This document shows, piece by piece, positions 1-10,133 of a DNA stretch of 64,000 nt. Numbering within the stretch: the first letter of the stretch is position 1; each line of letters opens with the position of its first letter. This DNA is from a virus. The stretch lies in the IMG/VR virus record IMGVR_UViG_3300010413_000013, positions 12,010 through 76,009 of that record; one strand, written 5' to 3'. The position numbers were made by a program, and so were the translations under genes. The notes below the pieces were generated by a model. That model was not told the DNA's origin and did not search any database. It saw nothing but the letters and a program-made list of their open reading frames with translations.

Positions 1-74
1 AACTACTACTATCCTTATTTCTACATTGGTTTGTCCCTCTATTCGGGCAATTATTGTTTTTATTCTTACAGTCT

Positions 75-875
75 TTATCCATAATTTCCTCCTAATAATT
101 TATCACCTCTTTTTAATACAGTCCACTGATAGTAGTCCTGTTTAGTTTCACATAATCTATATCCCATCTTACCAAGTAAGTAGTGTTTTAACTCTTTATT
201 GATTGCTGCTACTCTTTCCCAAGAAAAAAGCTTTTTGTATTCTACTCCTACTTGCTGATATCTTTTTCTATCACAATTGGTAAACGGTGCTGATTGTTTT
301 ACTTCTTCCGGTATTATGATATCTCCCCACCTAGATTTTTCTACTTCTAAATCATGTTGAATCTGTTGCAGAAACATCTTGGTATAAGCAGGATTTCTTA
401 TTAGTTCTTCATAAGGCACTTGGTAATCACATAGAGGCAACCACCAGTAGTAGAATCTTTGGTAGAGATTGGCAAGCTTTGCTGGATCTATTCTTTTATC
501 AATCCTCACTTCTGGATAGACTTTACAGATATTTACTTTCTTTCTATAAATAGAATCAATCCAAGAGTAGGGATGTTTATAGATCAGGAGTATGTATATT
601 TTCTTCTCTACTATTGCTCGTAATACTTCTCTACCGTAAATGTGTTTGTGAAAGCCTGTCTTTGGTGTGTTTACAATTACTACTTCTTCAGTATTCTGCA
701 ATAGTAGCTGTTCTAAGAAGGTAGTGCCGCTTCTCTGTAAACCTACTACTACTACATTTTTCTTTTTCATTCCAAGTAGTCTTTCTCTTCTAGTTTTAAC
801 TTCATAGGTATCATAGAATCTAAGGCACATAATGTTCACACTCCCTGCAAAGATCACTGCCCGGTGTATTATCAC
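75..875 (-). CDS. Sulfotransferase-family protein (likely start near 770)
   Basis: PAPS-binding-loop-like motif VVVVGLQRSGTTFL; KHPYSWIDS and VPYEEL motifs typical of sulfotransferases. Confidence 0.65.
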   Translation of the reverse strand: MIIHRAVIFAGSVNIMCLRFYDTYEVKTRRERLLGMKKKNVVVVGLQRSGTTFLEQLLLQNTEEVVIVNTPKTGFHKHIYGREVLRAIVEKKIYILLIYKHPYSWIDSIYRKKVNICKVYPEVRIDKRIDPAKLANLYQRFYYWWLPLCDYQVPYEELIRNPAYTKMFLQQIQHDLEVEKSRWGDIIIPEEVKQSAPFTNCDRKRYQQVGVEYKKLFSWERVAAINKELKHYLLGKMGYRLCETKQDYYQWTVLKRGDKLLGGNYG

Positions 876-1077
876 ATTCAGTATTTCTGCATAAACATCG
901 AGTAGAAATTAATCTTTCTCTTCTACTAAACATACTATAAACTACCAAATATCTTCTTAGTGCTCTTAGCATATGCCACTTAGTAGATCTCCCTGTGCTT
1001 CTTGCCAGTTCATACATCTTTGCTTTTAATATTTCACTCTCTATAGTAAAATCGTTATTATTCGGCATAGTCTTCAC
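820..1077 (-). CDS. Hypothetical protein with Cys-rich C-terminus
   Basis: ORF co-oriented with neighbours; CLC..C..CREC. Confidence 0.4.
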   Translation of the reverse strand: MKTMPNNNDFTIESEILKAKMYELARSTGRSTKWHMLRALRRYLVVYSMFSRRERLISTRCLCRNTECDNTPGSDLCRECEHYVP

Positions 1078-1266
1078 ACCTTTCTTACCATGCTACCCCC
1101 CATGACCAAGCAAGCAATAAAGCATTAATAAATATACAAGCATTATTAGTAATATTATCAAAATCAGAATCATGCCCATGCACCATTCCCTTTATTACTA
1201 ATACCACCACTACTACTATGTACATCCAAAAATGGAACTTAACAAATAATTCCATATTACTACTCC

Positions 1267-1551
1267 TTAAAAGATTAATAGACGTTTTTTATTCTCTATA
1301 TTTATTATATCACGTTTTTCTTGAAGTTCGCTGGTTTTTTTATAAGTCTTTGTTTTCTTTCGTTGATTTACTGTGCCATCCCATCCTTTTATGTATCTAT
1401 CTGCTCTAGCACTTGCTTCTACTCTTCTTGGCAGTGTATCCTCCCTAGACATATCAGGCATTGCAAACTGCTTACTCCAGTTATTATAAAAAGCGTCTAA
1501 TATAAGATCTTCTTCATTTGTTTGATTTATTTTATCATCCCAAATAGTCAT
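1267..1551 (-). CDS. Hypothetical protein
   Basis: ORF in tightly packed minus-strand block, GGAG-like RBS. Confidence 0.5.
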   Translation of the reverse strand: MTIWDDKINQTNEEDLILDAFYNNWSKQFAMPDMSREDTLPRRVEASARADRYIKGWDGTVNQRKKTKTYKKTSELQEKRDIINIENKKRLLIF

Positions 1552-1616
1552 TTACCACTCCAAATACTCACAAACTAATATTATGATTAATACTCCTATA
1601 ATAATTAATGCTTCCA

Positions 1617-1817
1617 TTATTCTTCTTCCTCTCCTTCATATGTGTCATTAAATAATTCATCATCGGGAATAAGTTTAAGTCTCTTTATAAACTTGTATCT
1701 TGCAGTATGAGTAGCACTAGTTTTATCGTCTACTGAATTTCTCCATAATCCAAACGGTAGTTGAAACGACTCACTCCCAAATATCTCTACTAAGTCTTTT
1801 CTTCTTCTACTAGGCAT
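1617..1817 (-). CDS. Hypothetical protein
   Basis: Start overlaps the stop of the upstream ORF. Confidence 0.5.
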   Translation of the reverse strand: MPSRRRKDLVEIFGSESFQLPFGLWRNSVDDKTSATHTARYKFIKRLKLIPDDELFNDTYEGEEEE

Positions 1818-2176
1818 TAGAACACCAAATCCCTTTTAGTTTTTATACCTAGCTCTTCTTCTACTTGCTCTGTTATCTTTTCTACTGCTTCTTCTGCATT
1901 AGCATACGTTGGAATAAATCTTCTATAAGGATCAGCAATACTAGTTACTTCTATAAAATCAGGAGCAGATACATAAGGGAAACTTACTGCACTACAACTA
2001 CTACTAACTATATTACTTCTACCTATATTCCTTTGTGCTGCTTGCTGTATAGGTACTATTTCTACTGGTCTATTTTCCGTTTTCTTCTTGGTTTCACCTC
2101 TTGTCTTTATTATCTCCAATGGTGGAACATATGGAGCATCTATTAAACCCATTTTCAATAGTAGCTTTTTAATCAT
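1817..2176 (-). CDS. Hypothetical protein
   Basis: Coupled ORF, GAGG RBS. Confidence 0.55.
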   Translation of the reverse strand: MIKKLLLKMGLIDAPYVPPLEIIKTRGETKKKTENRPVEIVPIQQAAQRNIGRSNIVSSSCSAVSFPYVSAPDFIEVTSIADPYRRFIPTYANAEEAVEKITEQVEEELGIKTKRDLVF

Positions 2177-2178
2177 GC

Positions 2179-2649
2179 TTACCTCTCATTAACTCCTTTT
2201 ACTACTCCTGCTAGCATCTCAATAATATTGCCTGTAACCATTGCAACAGACTTTTGTCCATTATATGTATTTACAAAAAGTAAATCTACAGTAGCTTTCT
2301 TTCCGACTGTTCCTCTAGGCACTACTATACATTCATCTAATTCTGCTGCTAAAAATTCAGGTGCTTCATATTTAGGAGCATCTTCTATACTTTCTGCTAT
2401 TTTTATTTTTATACTATTTGTAGACATTTTACTACTCCTTATCTCTTCTTTCACTTCAAAAGCATAATTTACTACTATCCAATCTTCTATACAATTTTCT
2501 CTACTAATAAGATGGTTTTTGTTCGCTGCTTTCATTTTCATTTTCCAATATGGATAGTAATCCTTAATAATGTCTCCTTCTGTTACTGTATGCTCTCCTG
2601 CTAGATCTATATACTTAAACCTTCTAATCATTTTACTTCTCCATATCAT
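2179..2649 (-). CDS. Hypothetical protein
   Basis: ORF in minus-strand block. Confidence 0.5.
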   Translation of the reverse strand: MIWRSKMIRRFKYIDLAGEHTVTEGDIIKDYYPYWKMKMKAANKNHLISRENCIEDWIVVNYAFEVKEEIRSSKMSTNSIKIKIAESIEDAPKYEAPEFLAAELDECIVVPRGTVGKKATVDLLFVNTYNGQKSVAMVTGNIIEMLAGVVKGVNER

Positions 2650-2856
2650 AGAGTAATAGTAGAACTAAAAAGATTATAATCATTACTATTAAACTACTCA
2701 TTCTATAAATCCTCTCTGATCTTCATATATACAATCTAGTAATGCCTTCTGTACTTCTTCCGGTAGACTACAAAACCAAGCAAAAAGAACAGCCTTTGTG
2801 TAGTCATTTAATAATATATCATTTGGCTCCGTTGTTACATGCAGTAGAAACATAAT

Positions 2857-3459
2857 TTATATCCTTTCATCAGTTTTATCTACTCTAATGCTTATAGGAA
2901 CAGATTCAGTACTACCACCTAGTTCTGTTATCTGCTTTTGATGCCACCGTTCATAATTATTACATAGATTAAAAATAGGACCAGCAGCATGACCTTGAAA
3001 TAGACGTTCTTCTCCATATATTTGACAAACTGCTTTCAGCCTTTTTACTGTGCTACAGAAAGTAGACGGTCTACTAAGTTCACCAGTAGAGTAGACATAT
3101 TCTCCTACTTCCCTTTTTTCAAGTAGTTGATCCTCTGTTAAATGTTTTGTGTTTCTTAAATTCTTTTCATAGTCAAGTAGTGTTACTCTATCCATTCCTA
3201 ATGCAAAAGCTAATCCACTTATAGTATATGGTGTAACTTGTTTCCAATAGCTTTCTACTACTTTCTTTTTATCTCCTTTCCCTTTTGTTATTTTTACTTT
3301 TCTCCAACAGCTTCTAAAGTAGGCTACTCCTGCTTCTTCCATTTGTTCTGGAGTAGAAAACCTTGGTGGTCTACCAAGTCTAGGTAATCCGGTAATAGGA
3401 TCTGTCCAAGAAAAACGGTGCAGCCTTTCTACTATTATCCTTTCTCTCTTCTTCCTCAT
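2857..3459 (-). CDS. terS: Terminase small subunit (P22 gp3-like DNA packaging protein)
   Basis: GRPPRFSTPEQM..YF, PYTISGLAFALGMDRVTLLDYEK and GPIFNLCNNY motifs of the gp3 packaging family. Confidence 0.8.
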   Translation of the reverse strand: MRKKRERIIVERLHRFSWTDPITGLPRLGRPPRFSTPEQMEEAGVAYFRSCWRKVKITKGKGDKKKVVESYWKQVTPYTISGLAFALGMDRVTLLDYEKNLRNTKHLTEDQLLEKREVGEYVYSTGELSRPSTFCSTVKRLKAVCQIYGEERLFQGHAAGPIFNLCNNYERWHQKQITELGGSTESVPISIRVDKTDERI

Positions 3460-3642
3460 TATTATTTATTTAGTCTCCTTCATCTCTTATTTCTTTTAAT
3501 TCTTCTGTTAATACCTCTGCAATTTTATCTCCTAATATACTACTATCCATTTCTACTACTACTTCACTTTTATTCATTAACTCTCGAATGCCTTGCAATT
3601 CAGCAAGGATGTCTTCTAACAATCTTGTTATTTTCCACATTA

Positions 3643-3990
3643 TTATTTCTCCTTTATTTCTACTCCCTCTTTTAGTTCAATGATTATATTTTCCAGACAT
3701 AGATAATCCTTATAAGCAGTAATCATCAAACCCGGTTCTTCTCTTTCCATTATGGTAGATAACACCTTCTTATTCTCTTTATGTAGTTCTATAGTAAATG
3801 GATATTCAAAGAAGCCTAGCTTTAGTGGACGTAACTGTACGGTTATTACTACTCGATTATTTTTTTCATCCAAAAATAAATCATCTGGAATTAAAGTCTT
3901 CTCTGCTATTAAATTATTCTCTGCTGTTCTCAATTGCATAACACTATCGTTTAACATAATAGCAATATGTAATAATTTTTCCAGTGACAT
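3643..3990 (-). CDS. Hypothetical protein
   Basis: AAGGAG RBS upstream. Confidence 0.55.
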   Translation of the reverse strand: MSLEKLLHIAIMLNDSVMQLRTAENNLIAEKTLIPDDLFLDEKNNRVVITVQLRPLKLGFFEYPFTIELHKENKKVLSTIMEREEPGLMITAYKDYLCLENIIIELKEGVEIKEK

Positions 3991-4001
3991 AATTTTCTCC
4001 T

Positions 4002-4274
4002 TTAAAGCGTAATCTCTACTATTACTCTACCTACTTCTCTCCTAGTCATACCTGTTGAGGTATGTTCCTCCATGCCTATCTGTATCCAAGTAGGAAAAAC
4101 GCCTGTTTCTTTTTTAAACTGCTCTACTAAAGTATTTACAGAAGAACGAATATCTATTTCTAGTTGTCTCTTCCTTGTTTTCACACTCCTGATAGTAGGT
4201 TCTTGATAAAGTTCCTGCTTTACTCCTCCTTCTCCTTGTTGCTTTCGTGGTCTACCTCTAGTAGGTGCTACCAT
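4002..4274 (-). CDS. Hypothetical protein with AT-hook-like RGRPRK
   Basis: AAGGAG RBS; first gene after the leftward promoter. Confidence 0.6.
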   Translation of the reverse strand: MVAPTRGRPRKQQGEGGVKQELYQEPTIRSVKTRKRQLEIDIRSSVNTLVEQFKKETGVFPTWIQIGMEEHTSTGMTRREVGRVIVEITL

Positions 4275-4322
4275 AGTACTACTCCTTTTTATTGGTTAAA
4301 AAAATCCTCATCTTTCAATTTC

Positions 4323-4338
4323 ATTATACCACATTTTT
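4323..4338 (-). promoter_or_regulatory. Leftward extended -10 promoter AAAAATGTGGTATAAT
   Basis: The same 16-mer occurs at 4393-4408 and 16749-16764 on the plus strand. Confidence 0.7.
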
Positions 4339-4386
4339 CAACAATCACGCAGGTTTGATAAAAAAATAAAAAAAATTTCGGTAAGA

Positions 4387-4409
4387 TTGAACAAAAATGT
4401 GGTATAATA
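4387..4409 (+). promoter_or_regulatory. Rightward promoter TTGAACAAAAATGTGGTATAATA
   Basis: TGnTATAAT extended -10; identical 23-mer at 16743. Confidence 0.75.
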
Positions 4410-4445
4410 CAAACGTATGATTAGAAATTCTTTCAAGGAGGAAAT

Positions 4446-4712
4446 TTGACAAATATGCAGATCGGCAGGAAGAAAATCAGATTCCAGAAAATTTATCCCG
4501 AAAGGGACCGTTCTACTGATTGGAGTAGATGGTTTCTAGACATTGGTAGAGGCTTCTTTATTTGGGATGAACCAGAACGAAAAGGAAAATTTATTTGTGG
4601 TGCAGGAAGTTTCTCATTTGGAGAAGAAAGAGTAAAACTTATTGAAAGGATCAAGAAAGATGGTAGTACTGTCTTCGGAAATAAGATCAGAGAGAAAATA
4701 CTACTTCAGTAA
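4446..4712 (+). CDS. Hypothetical protein
   Basis: AAGGAGG RBS directly upstream. Confidence 0.55.
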   Translation: MTNMQIGRKKIRFQKIYPERDRSTDWSRWFLDIGRGFFIWDEPERKGKFICGAGSFSFGEERVKLIERIKKDGSTVFGNKIREKILLQ

Positions 4713-4787
4713 AATGAGTAGAAATGTGGTTGTAGACTATGGATACTTGTCTACTTTGTGTAAAATCAAACACTTAAAAAGCCGCTT

Positions 4788-4897
4788 TATATATAATATA
4801 TTAAATAGAGTAATTACTCGTAAGAGTAATTATCGTAAGTACTTCGTACTTACTCAAATTATCTTACTCGTAATTACCGTGTTTCTGCGAAACACGT
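4788..4897. repeat. AT-rich tract with short direct/inverted repeats (candidate replication origin)
   Basis: GAGTAATTA/TCGTAA repeats, GTAAGTAC-ttc-GTACTTAC and CGTGTTTC-tgc-GAAACACG hairpins upstream of the helicase genes. Confidence 0.4.
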
Positions 4898-4915
4898 TCT
4901 ACTTCTTCTTACTGC

Positions 4916-5689
4916 TTGGAGCAAACGGTGAGAAGAAAAATTAGAAAAAAGATTCTTGTAGAGAGTTTTGAATATGGTAGAAGTCTATCTTCTGAAAACG
5001 AAACAGAGATAGAAATGTCTACTGCTACAAAAACAATAATAGATCATTGGTACAATATGCCAAACTTAATCAAATCAAAATTTAATACTAAAGCTTTTGA
5101 GAGAGCAATTATGTTTCTCAATAATAGGAAAATACTATCAGATGTAAAATCTACACATTTCTACTCTATAGAAAAATATCTATCAGCAATACAAACCTAC
5201 AATAATATTCTGCCAAGTGGAAATGTGAAGAAAGTAAATATAGCAGATTTTTTCATCCCACCAGATAGAAGATATTCAAAACAACCCACCTACTATCAAT
5301 TAATTACTTCTGGAAAAATGGAAGAACATATCAAAATAGATGGAACTATAAAACAAAGAAAATATGTTGCTAGTAGAATCCAATGGCATTACTGCAAGCA
5401 TGTACTAGGTGCAGATCCTAATAAACATAGTATCTCACAGAAGCAGGGAAGAGATTTTGCAATAGCAGCTAGAAAATTACTTCGCTATATGTACAAAAAT
5501 AATAAATTGGATATAATAGACTATGAAGAAGGAGCAAAGCTGGATGATTTTATTAGAACATTAATAGCAGCAATTCGCTGGAACTACAGAATGAAGTTCT
5601 TCCATATAGGATGCCTTTGTAGTGAACACACATTTACAGAAGTTTTACCAAAGTATGTACATTTACAAATTAGAAAGGGAAAAAAATGA
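4916..5689 (+). CDS. Hypothetical protein, possibly replication initiator or helicase loader
   Basis: 257-aa basic ORF upstream of the helicase; function inferred from position only. Confidence 0.5.
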   Translation: MEQTVRRKIRKKILVESFEYGRSLSSENETEIEMSTATKTIIDHWYNMPNLIKSKFNTKAFERAIMFLNNRKILSDVKSTHFYSIEKYLSAIQTYNNILPSGNVKKVNIADFFIPPDRRYSKQPTYYQLITSGKMEEHIKIDGTIKQRKYVASRIQWHYCKHVLGADPNKHSISQKQGRDFAIAARKLLRYMYKNNKLDIIDYEEGAKLDDFIRTLIAAIRWNYRMKFFHIGCLCSEHTFTEVLPKYVHLQIRKGKK

Positions 5690-5865
5690 AATTTAGTGGA
5701 AAGAGATTTACAGTTGCAATAGTATTAGCTACTATGCTTCTAATGGTTTTTTTATTTTCGGCAAGTGTTATTGCATATATAGTAGCTAATCCTTGTTTAA
5801 GGGTAATAGCATTAGGAGTAGCATTTATGTGTATGGTAGTAATTCTCTACAATGGATTGGAATAG
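5686..5865 (+). CDS. Small two-TM membrane protein (59 aa, not in ORF track)
   Basis: MKFSGKRFTVAIVLATMLLMVFLF...; fills the gap with an ATGA overlap. Confidence 0.55.
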   Translation: MKFSGKRFTVAIVLATMLLMVFLFSASVIAYIVANPCLRVIALGVAFMCMVVILYNGLE

Positions 5866-5868
5866 TGT

Positions 5869-7281
5869 ATGAAAAAAGTAAAATTAAAAGCTGGTATAGA
5901 AAGACAAATTCTGATAGGACTTATTACTTCTGATTCATTCACCAGAAAAGTTCTACCAATAATGGAGATTAATTTACTAGAAATGCCAGCAGCTAGAATA
6001 GTAGCTGCTTGGGCATTCGAGTATTTTGGGAAGTATAAAAGCAGCCCAAAAAAGCATATTAAGGATATTTTTACTGATAAGAGCAGGAAGATAAAAAAAG
6101 AAGAAACAAAAGAATGGATAGATGACTTTCTACAATCTATTAATAAAGAATATGAAAGCAGTGATTTTAATGAAGAATTATTATTTGATAGGACATTACG
6201 TTATTTAAAAAGACAAAAACTTAGAAGTAATATAAATCAAATAGAAGATCTTCTAGATTTAGATAAAGTAGAAGAGGCCGATCAACTTTGGATAGAAAGT
6301 AGAAAAATAGCTAGTTCATTAGATCTTGGTTTTGATCCACTCTCTATTACTACTACCAAAGAACTACTGAAAAAAGAGAAAGATCGAATTACTGTCTATA
6401 CTGGTATCCCAAAATTAGACAAACTAACAGGACCATTAAAATCAGGATGGTTAGCAGTATTTATGGGACCACAAAAAAGAGGGAAAACATGGACACTTCT
6501 TTGCCTTGCTGTCAATGCTTGCTTGCAAGGTTTTAATGTAGTATTTATTTCTCTCGAAAGTTTGGATGTAGATTTAGCTTTACGCCTTTGGTCTATGATA
6601 GGTAGTTTGGTAGTAAAGATGGATGATAGAGACACAAGAAAAACAGTAATGCTGGATTTTCCTTATTATACTGACAATGATGAAGTTCTGTATAAAAAAA
6701 GAAAAAAGAAAATAATGACTGATAAGAATGTACTTGATGCTGTAAGAAGGTTTAATATGCATTCTACCGGCAAGCTTATTATGAAAGTCTTCCCAATGCA
6801 TACAGCAGGACCAACAGAAATAGATGCTTATTTGGATAGCTTAGAAGCATTTGAAGATTTTACTCCAGATGTTGCAGTAATAGACTACTTAGGGATTATG
6901 AAAGGTGTAGCAGAACCAAGAGAAAGATACAATCTAAATGCTGCTTACCTTAAAAGTATGGCACAAGAAAGAAAAATGTTAGTAGCAGCAGGACATCAAG
7001 GTAGAAGAGAAACAATAGAAGCATTCAATATTAATTCAGAAGATATGCCAGAAGACATTCGGATACTAGGACATTTAGATCTTCTGTATGGTTTGAACCA
7101 AACACATGAAGAGAGAGTAAGTGGGATATTTAGGATCAGTAATTTAATTCATAGACATGCTAGATACGTTCCTACCAAACAGGTACAATTACTACAACAA
7201 TTAGAAGCAGGACAATTTGCACTAGATGGTAAACTAATAGATGCAAAGGAAATAGAAGAAGAAATTCTTGAAAGGGAGTAA
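5869..7281 (+). CDS. Replicative DnaB-like (SF4) helicase
   Basis: TGIPKLD, Walker A GPQKRGKT, VVFISLE, VIDYLGIM. Confidence 0.85.
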   Translation: MKKVKLKAGIERQILIGLITSDSFTRKVLPIMEINLLEMPAARIVAAWAFEYFGKYKSSPKKHIKDIFTDKSRKIKKEETKEWIDDFLQSINKEYESSDFNEELLFDRTLRYLKRQKLRSNINQIEDLLDLDKVEEADQLWIESRKIASSLDLGFDPLSITTTKELLKKEKDRITVYTGIPKLDKLTGPLKSGWLAVFMGPQKRGKTWTLLCLAVNACLQGFNVVFISLESLDVDLALRLWSMIGSLVVKMDDRDTRKTVMLDFPYYTDNDEVLYKKRKKKIMTDKNVLDAVRRFNMHSTGKLIMKVFPMHTAGPTEIDAYLDSLEAFEDFTPDVAVIDYLGIMKGVAEPRERYNLNAAYLKSMAQERKMLVAAGHQGRRETIEAFNINSEDMPEDIRILGHLDLLYGLNQTHEERVSGIFRISNLIHRHARYVPTKQVQLLQQLEAGQFALDGKLIDAKEIEEEILERE

Positions 7282-7283
7282 AA

Positions 7284-7850
7284 ATGAAAAAATATTCATC
7301 TTATATTACTACATACTCCGGTATAAAATTTGGATTTGTAGATATTGACAAATCATTAATATACATAGGAGACATAGCACATGCATTAAGTAATATTTGC
7401 AGATTTGGTGGACATACAAAAGAGTTTTATTCAGTAGCAGAACATTCAGTGCTAGTAAGTAGGAATGTATCTAAAGAAGCTGCTATCTATGGATTGATGC
7501 ATGATGCTGGAGAAGCATATTTAATGGATATTCCTAGACCTATAAAACAATTTGCACCAAAATTAGAAAGACTTGAACAAAAATTACTTAATGCTATAGT
7601 AGAGAAATACAATATTCCCATTAATAAAAAGATAATAGAAGAAGTAAAAGATGCAGATAATAGAATACTAGAAGCAGAAGGAGCAGTAGTATTTCAACAA
7701 ACACCGACATGGTGGAATAGTGAAGGAATAGATCCTAGGAATGCAAACGGAGAATTAGTACTTTCTGTAAAATGCTTACCACCAAAGGATGCTAAAGAAC
7801 TTTTCTTAATAAGATTTTTTGGGATTGTACCAAGATGGCAAACAAAATAA
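7284..7850 (+). CDS. HD-domain phosphohydrolase (YfbR/YfdR-like 5'-deoxynucleotidase)
   Basis: DIAHALSNICRFGGH, YSVAEHS, LMHDAGEAY..DIPRPIK. Confidence 0.85.
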   Translation: MKKYSSYITTYSGIKFGFVDIDKSLIYIGDIAHALSNICRFGGHTKEFYSVAEHSVLVSRNVSKEAAIYGLMHDAGEAYLMDIPRPIKQFAPKLERLEQKLLNAIVEKYNIPINKKIIEEVKDADNRILEAEGAVVFQQTPTWWNSEGIDPRNANGELVLSVKCLPPKDAKELFLIRFFGIVPRWQTK

Positions 7851-9172
7851 TAGAATTAAATCCGATCTACTCTAGGTACACAGGGAAGAAATCTGATATT
7901 TCTGCTTTACTTTCTTATGAAGAAGAAGCGTGGTATCAGGGACCGTTTAGTAAAGAAAGATATACTAAAAAAACATCTTTGCTAGATTCAACTCATACTT
8001 TTCTTTCTGGTTATACAAAAAGGATTACAGATGTATATCCAAAAGTAGAAGTACAACCAATAGATTACAAAATAAAAACCAACAAACATCCTAAAGTAGC
8101 AAAATTTAAATTTAGACAATACCAGAAAAATGCTATAGCAGAACTACTCCAATATAATAGAGGTGTACTAACAGCAAAAACTGGAGCAGGGAAGACATTG
8201 ATAATGGGTGGAATTATCAGTATGGTACAAACGAAAGTTTTGGTAATAGTTCCTACTAAAGATCTACTCCATCAAACAGCAGAAAAACTATCAGATTATT
8301 TTCCTGATTATGCAATTGGTAAAGTGGGAGATAAAGAAGAAGTAATTACAGATATTACTGTTGGATTGATTAATAGTATCTACAAAAATAAAAAAGTATT
8401 AGAAGAAGGATGGGGGATGTTATTGATAGATGAAGCACATAGGGTATCTACATTCGATGGAATGTATGCTAAATTTTTACTATCTTGTAATGCTCCTATC
8501 CGATATGGTTTTACAGCTACTATAGATCCAAAGGAACACAAAGCAGTAGTAATGGAAGGACTCATAGGACCACACGTTGTAGAAGCAAAAAAAGAAGAAG
8601 TAGATAAATATTTAGCCAAACCAAAAGTAGTATTAATAATGGACAGAACAGGTAGACAATATAAAACACTGAGAGGGAAGTATGTAGATATCTATTTTGT
8701 TGGTATTGTACATAATAGATACAGAAATTCTTTAATAATAAAAGAAGCAAAGAGGTGGATAGATAAAGGATTGACAGTATTGATACTAGTAGATAAAATA
8801 GAACATGGAGAGAATCTACTAAAAATGGCAAATATCTTGATGCCTAATAAGTTTGTCTTCTTGCAAGGTACTACAAAATCTGAGATTAGGAGAGAAGAAA
8901 AAGAATATTTCTTAAAAAAGAAACGCAAGGGTGTAATAGCTACTAGAATTTGGGGGGAAGGTACTGATATCAAGACAATAGGAGTAGTAATTAATGGAGT
9001 AGGTGGAGAGAGTGAGAAAGCAGCTATACAAAAATTTGGTAGAGGTATGAGAAAAGCTAAAGGAAAGGAAGAAGTAATATTAGTAGATATCATAGATGCA
9101 GAGAGTCATAAATATTTTATGGAACACTCACTAAAAAGAGTATGCTACTACTCGGACCAAGGATGGATATAA
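7835..9172 (+). CDS. SF2 DNA helicase (UvsW-like)
   Basis: TGAGKT, DEAH, GFTAT, QKFGRGMR. Confidence 0.9.
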   Translation: MANKIIELNPIYSRYTGKKSDISALLSYEEEAWYQGPFSKERYTKKTSLLDSTHTFLSGYTKRITDVYPKVEVQPIDYKIKTNKHPKVAKFKFRQYQKNAIAELLQYNRGVLTAKTGAGKTLIMGGIISMVQTKVLVIVPTKDLLHQTAEKLSDYFPDYAIGKVGDKEEVITDITVGLINSIYKNKKVLEEGWGMLLIDEAHRVSTFDGMYAKFLLSCNAPIRYGFTATIDPKEHKAVVMEGLIGPHVVEAKKEEVDKYLAKPKVVLIMDRTGRQYKTLRGKYVDIYFVGIVHNRYRNSLIIKEAKRWIDKGLTVLILVDKIEHGENLLKMANILMPNKFVFLQGTTKSEIRREEKEYFLKKKRKGVIATRIWGEGTDIKTIGVVINGVGGESEKAAIQKFGRGMRKAKGKEEVILVDIIDAESHKYFMEHSLKRVCYYSDQGWI

Positions 9173-9203
9173 TGGCTAAAGAAGTAATTATGGATGATGA
9201 AGA

Positions 9204-10133
9204 ATGAGTAATTTTGATATTAAAGAATATCTAGAGAATACTGGCATAGAATATTCTTCTGGAGGTAAAAATGTTTCTACTGGATGGATTGGTATTACTT
9301 GCCCATTTTGTGGTGATGTTAGCAATCACTGTGGTATTAATCTCTCCAATAATATTTTTAGTTGTTGGATTTGTGGAGAGTCAGGAGATGAAGTAAAACT
9401 TATAGCAGAGATAGAACAAATAACAGAATACGAAGTTAAGAAGAAAATTATACCACTGTACATAGATCCTTTTAAAACACCACCAAAGAAGAAGAGAAAA
9501 AGAATTGCTTTTGATGTTAAATTACCAGAGTACACTATTAAAGTAGATATAGATAATTTACCTAAAGCAATTATAGCTTGGTTGAAAAGAAGAAAATTTA
9601 GTAAGGATATACTAAAGAAGTATAATGCCTACTACTGTTTGCCCTATTCAAAACATCCTATGTGTCTTTTATTTCCTATTTATGAACATAAAGTAGTAGT
9701 TTCATACATTTTAGTAAACGTAGTTAAAAAGCAATATACTTTATGTCCTGATAGTAATTCTCTAATAAGCAGAAATAGTATCTTATATGGAATAGATAAA
9801 GCAAAGAAATATACAAAAATTTATATAGTAGAAGGATTGACAGATAAATGGAGAATAGGAGATAAAGCAATCGCTATTTTAGGAAAACGTCTGTATAACA
9901 ACCAAGCAAAAAAAATAGCTAAATTTGCAGTAGATAATAAAATAGAAGAAATAGTAATTTTCCTAGATAAAGATGCAAAAAGAGAAGCAGTAAGATCTTT
10001 GAAGAGAAATGCTGGAGCAGTATTACTACAATACCTACCACAACAAATAGAAGTATCTGCTATTTTGCTAGAAAATCAAGACTTAGAAGACGATCCAGAC
10101 CAAGTAGATCCAAAACTACTAACAAAACTATAA
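9204..10133 (+). CDS. DNA primase (Zn finger + TOPRIM)
   Basis: CPFC...CWIC; IVEGLTD and FLDKD. Confidence 0.85.
   Translation: MSNFDIKEYLENTGIEYSSGGKNVSTGWIGITCPFCGDVSNHCGINLSNNIFSCWICGESGDEVKLIAEIEQITEYEVKKKIIPLYIDPFKTPPKKKRKRIAFDVKLPEYTIKVDIDNLPKAIIAWLKRRKFSKDILKKYNAYYCLPYSKHPMCLLFPIYEHKVVVSYILVNVVKKQYTLCPDSNSLISRNSILYGIDKAKKYTKIYIVEGLTDKWRIGDKAIAILGKRLYNNQAKKIAKFAVDNKIEEIVIFLDKDAKREAVRSLKRNAGAVLLQYLPQQIEVSAILLENQDLEDDPDQVDPKLLTKL

Noticed and set aside
7284-7850. DatZ-type dATPase implying a 2-aminoadenine genome
   Set aside because: Motifs fit the common YfdR/YfbR-like family and no PurZ is present in the window.
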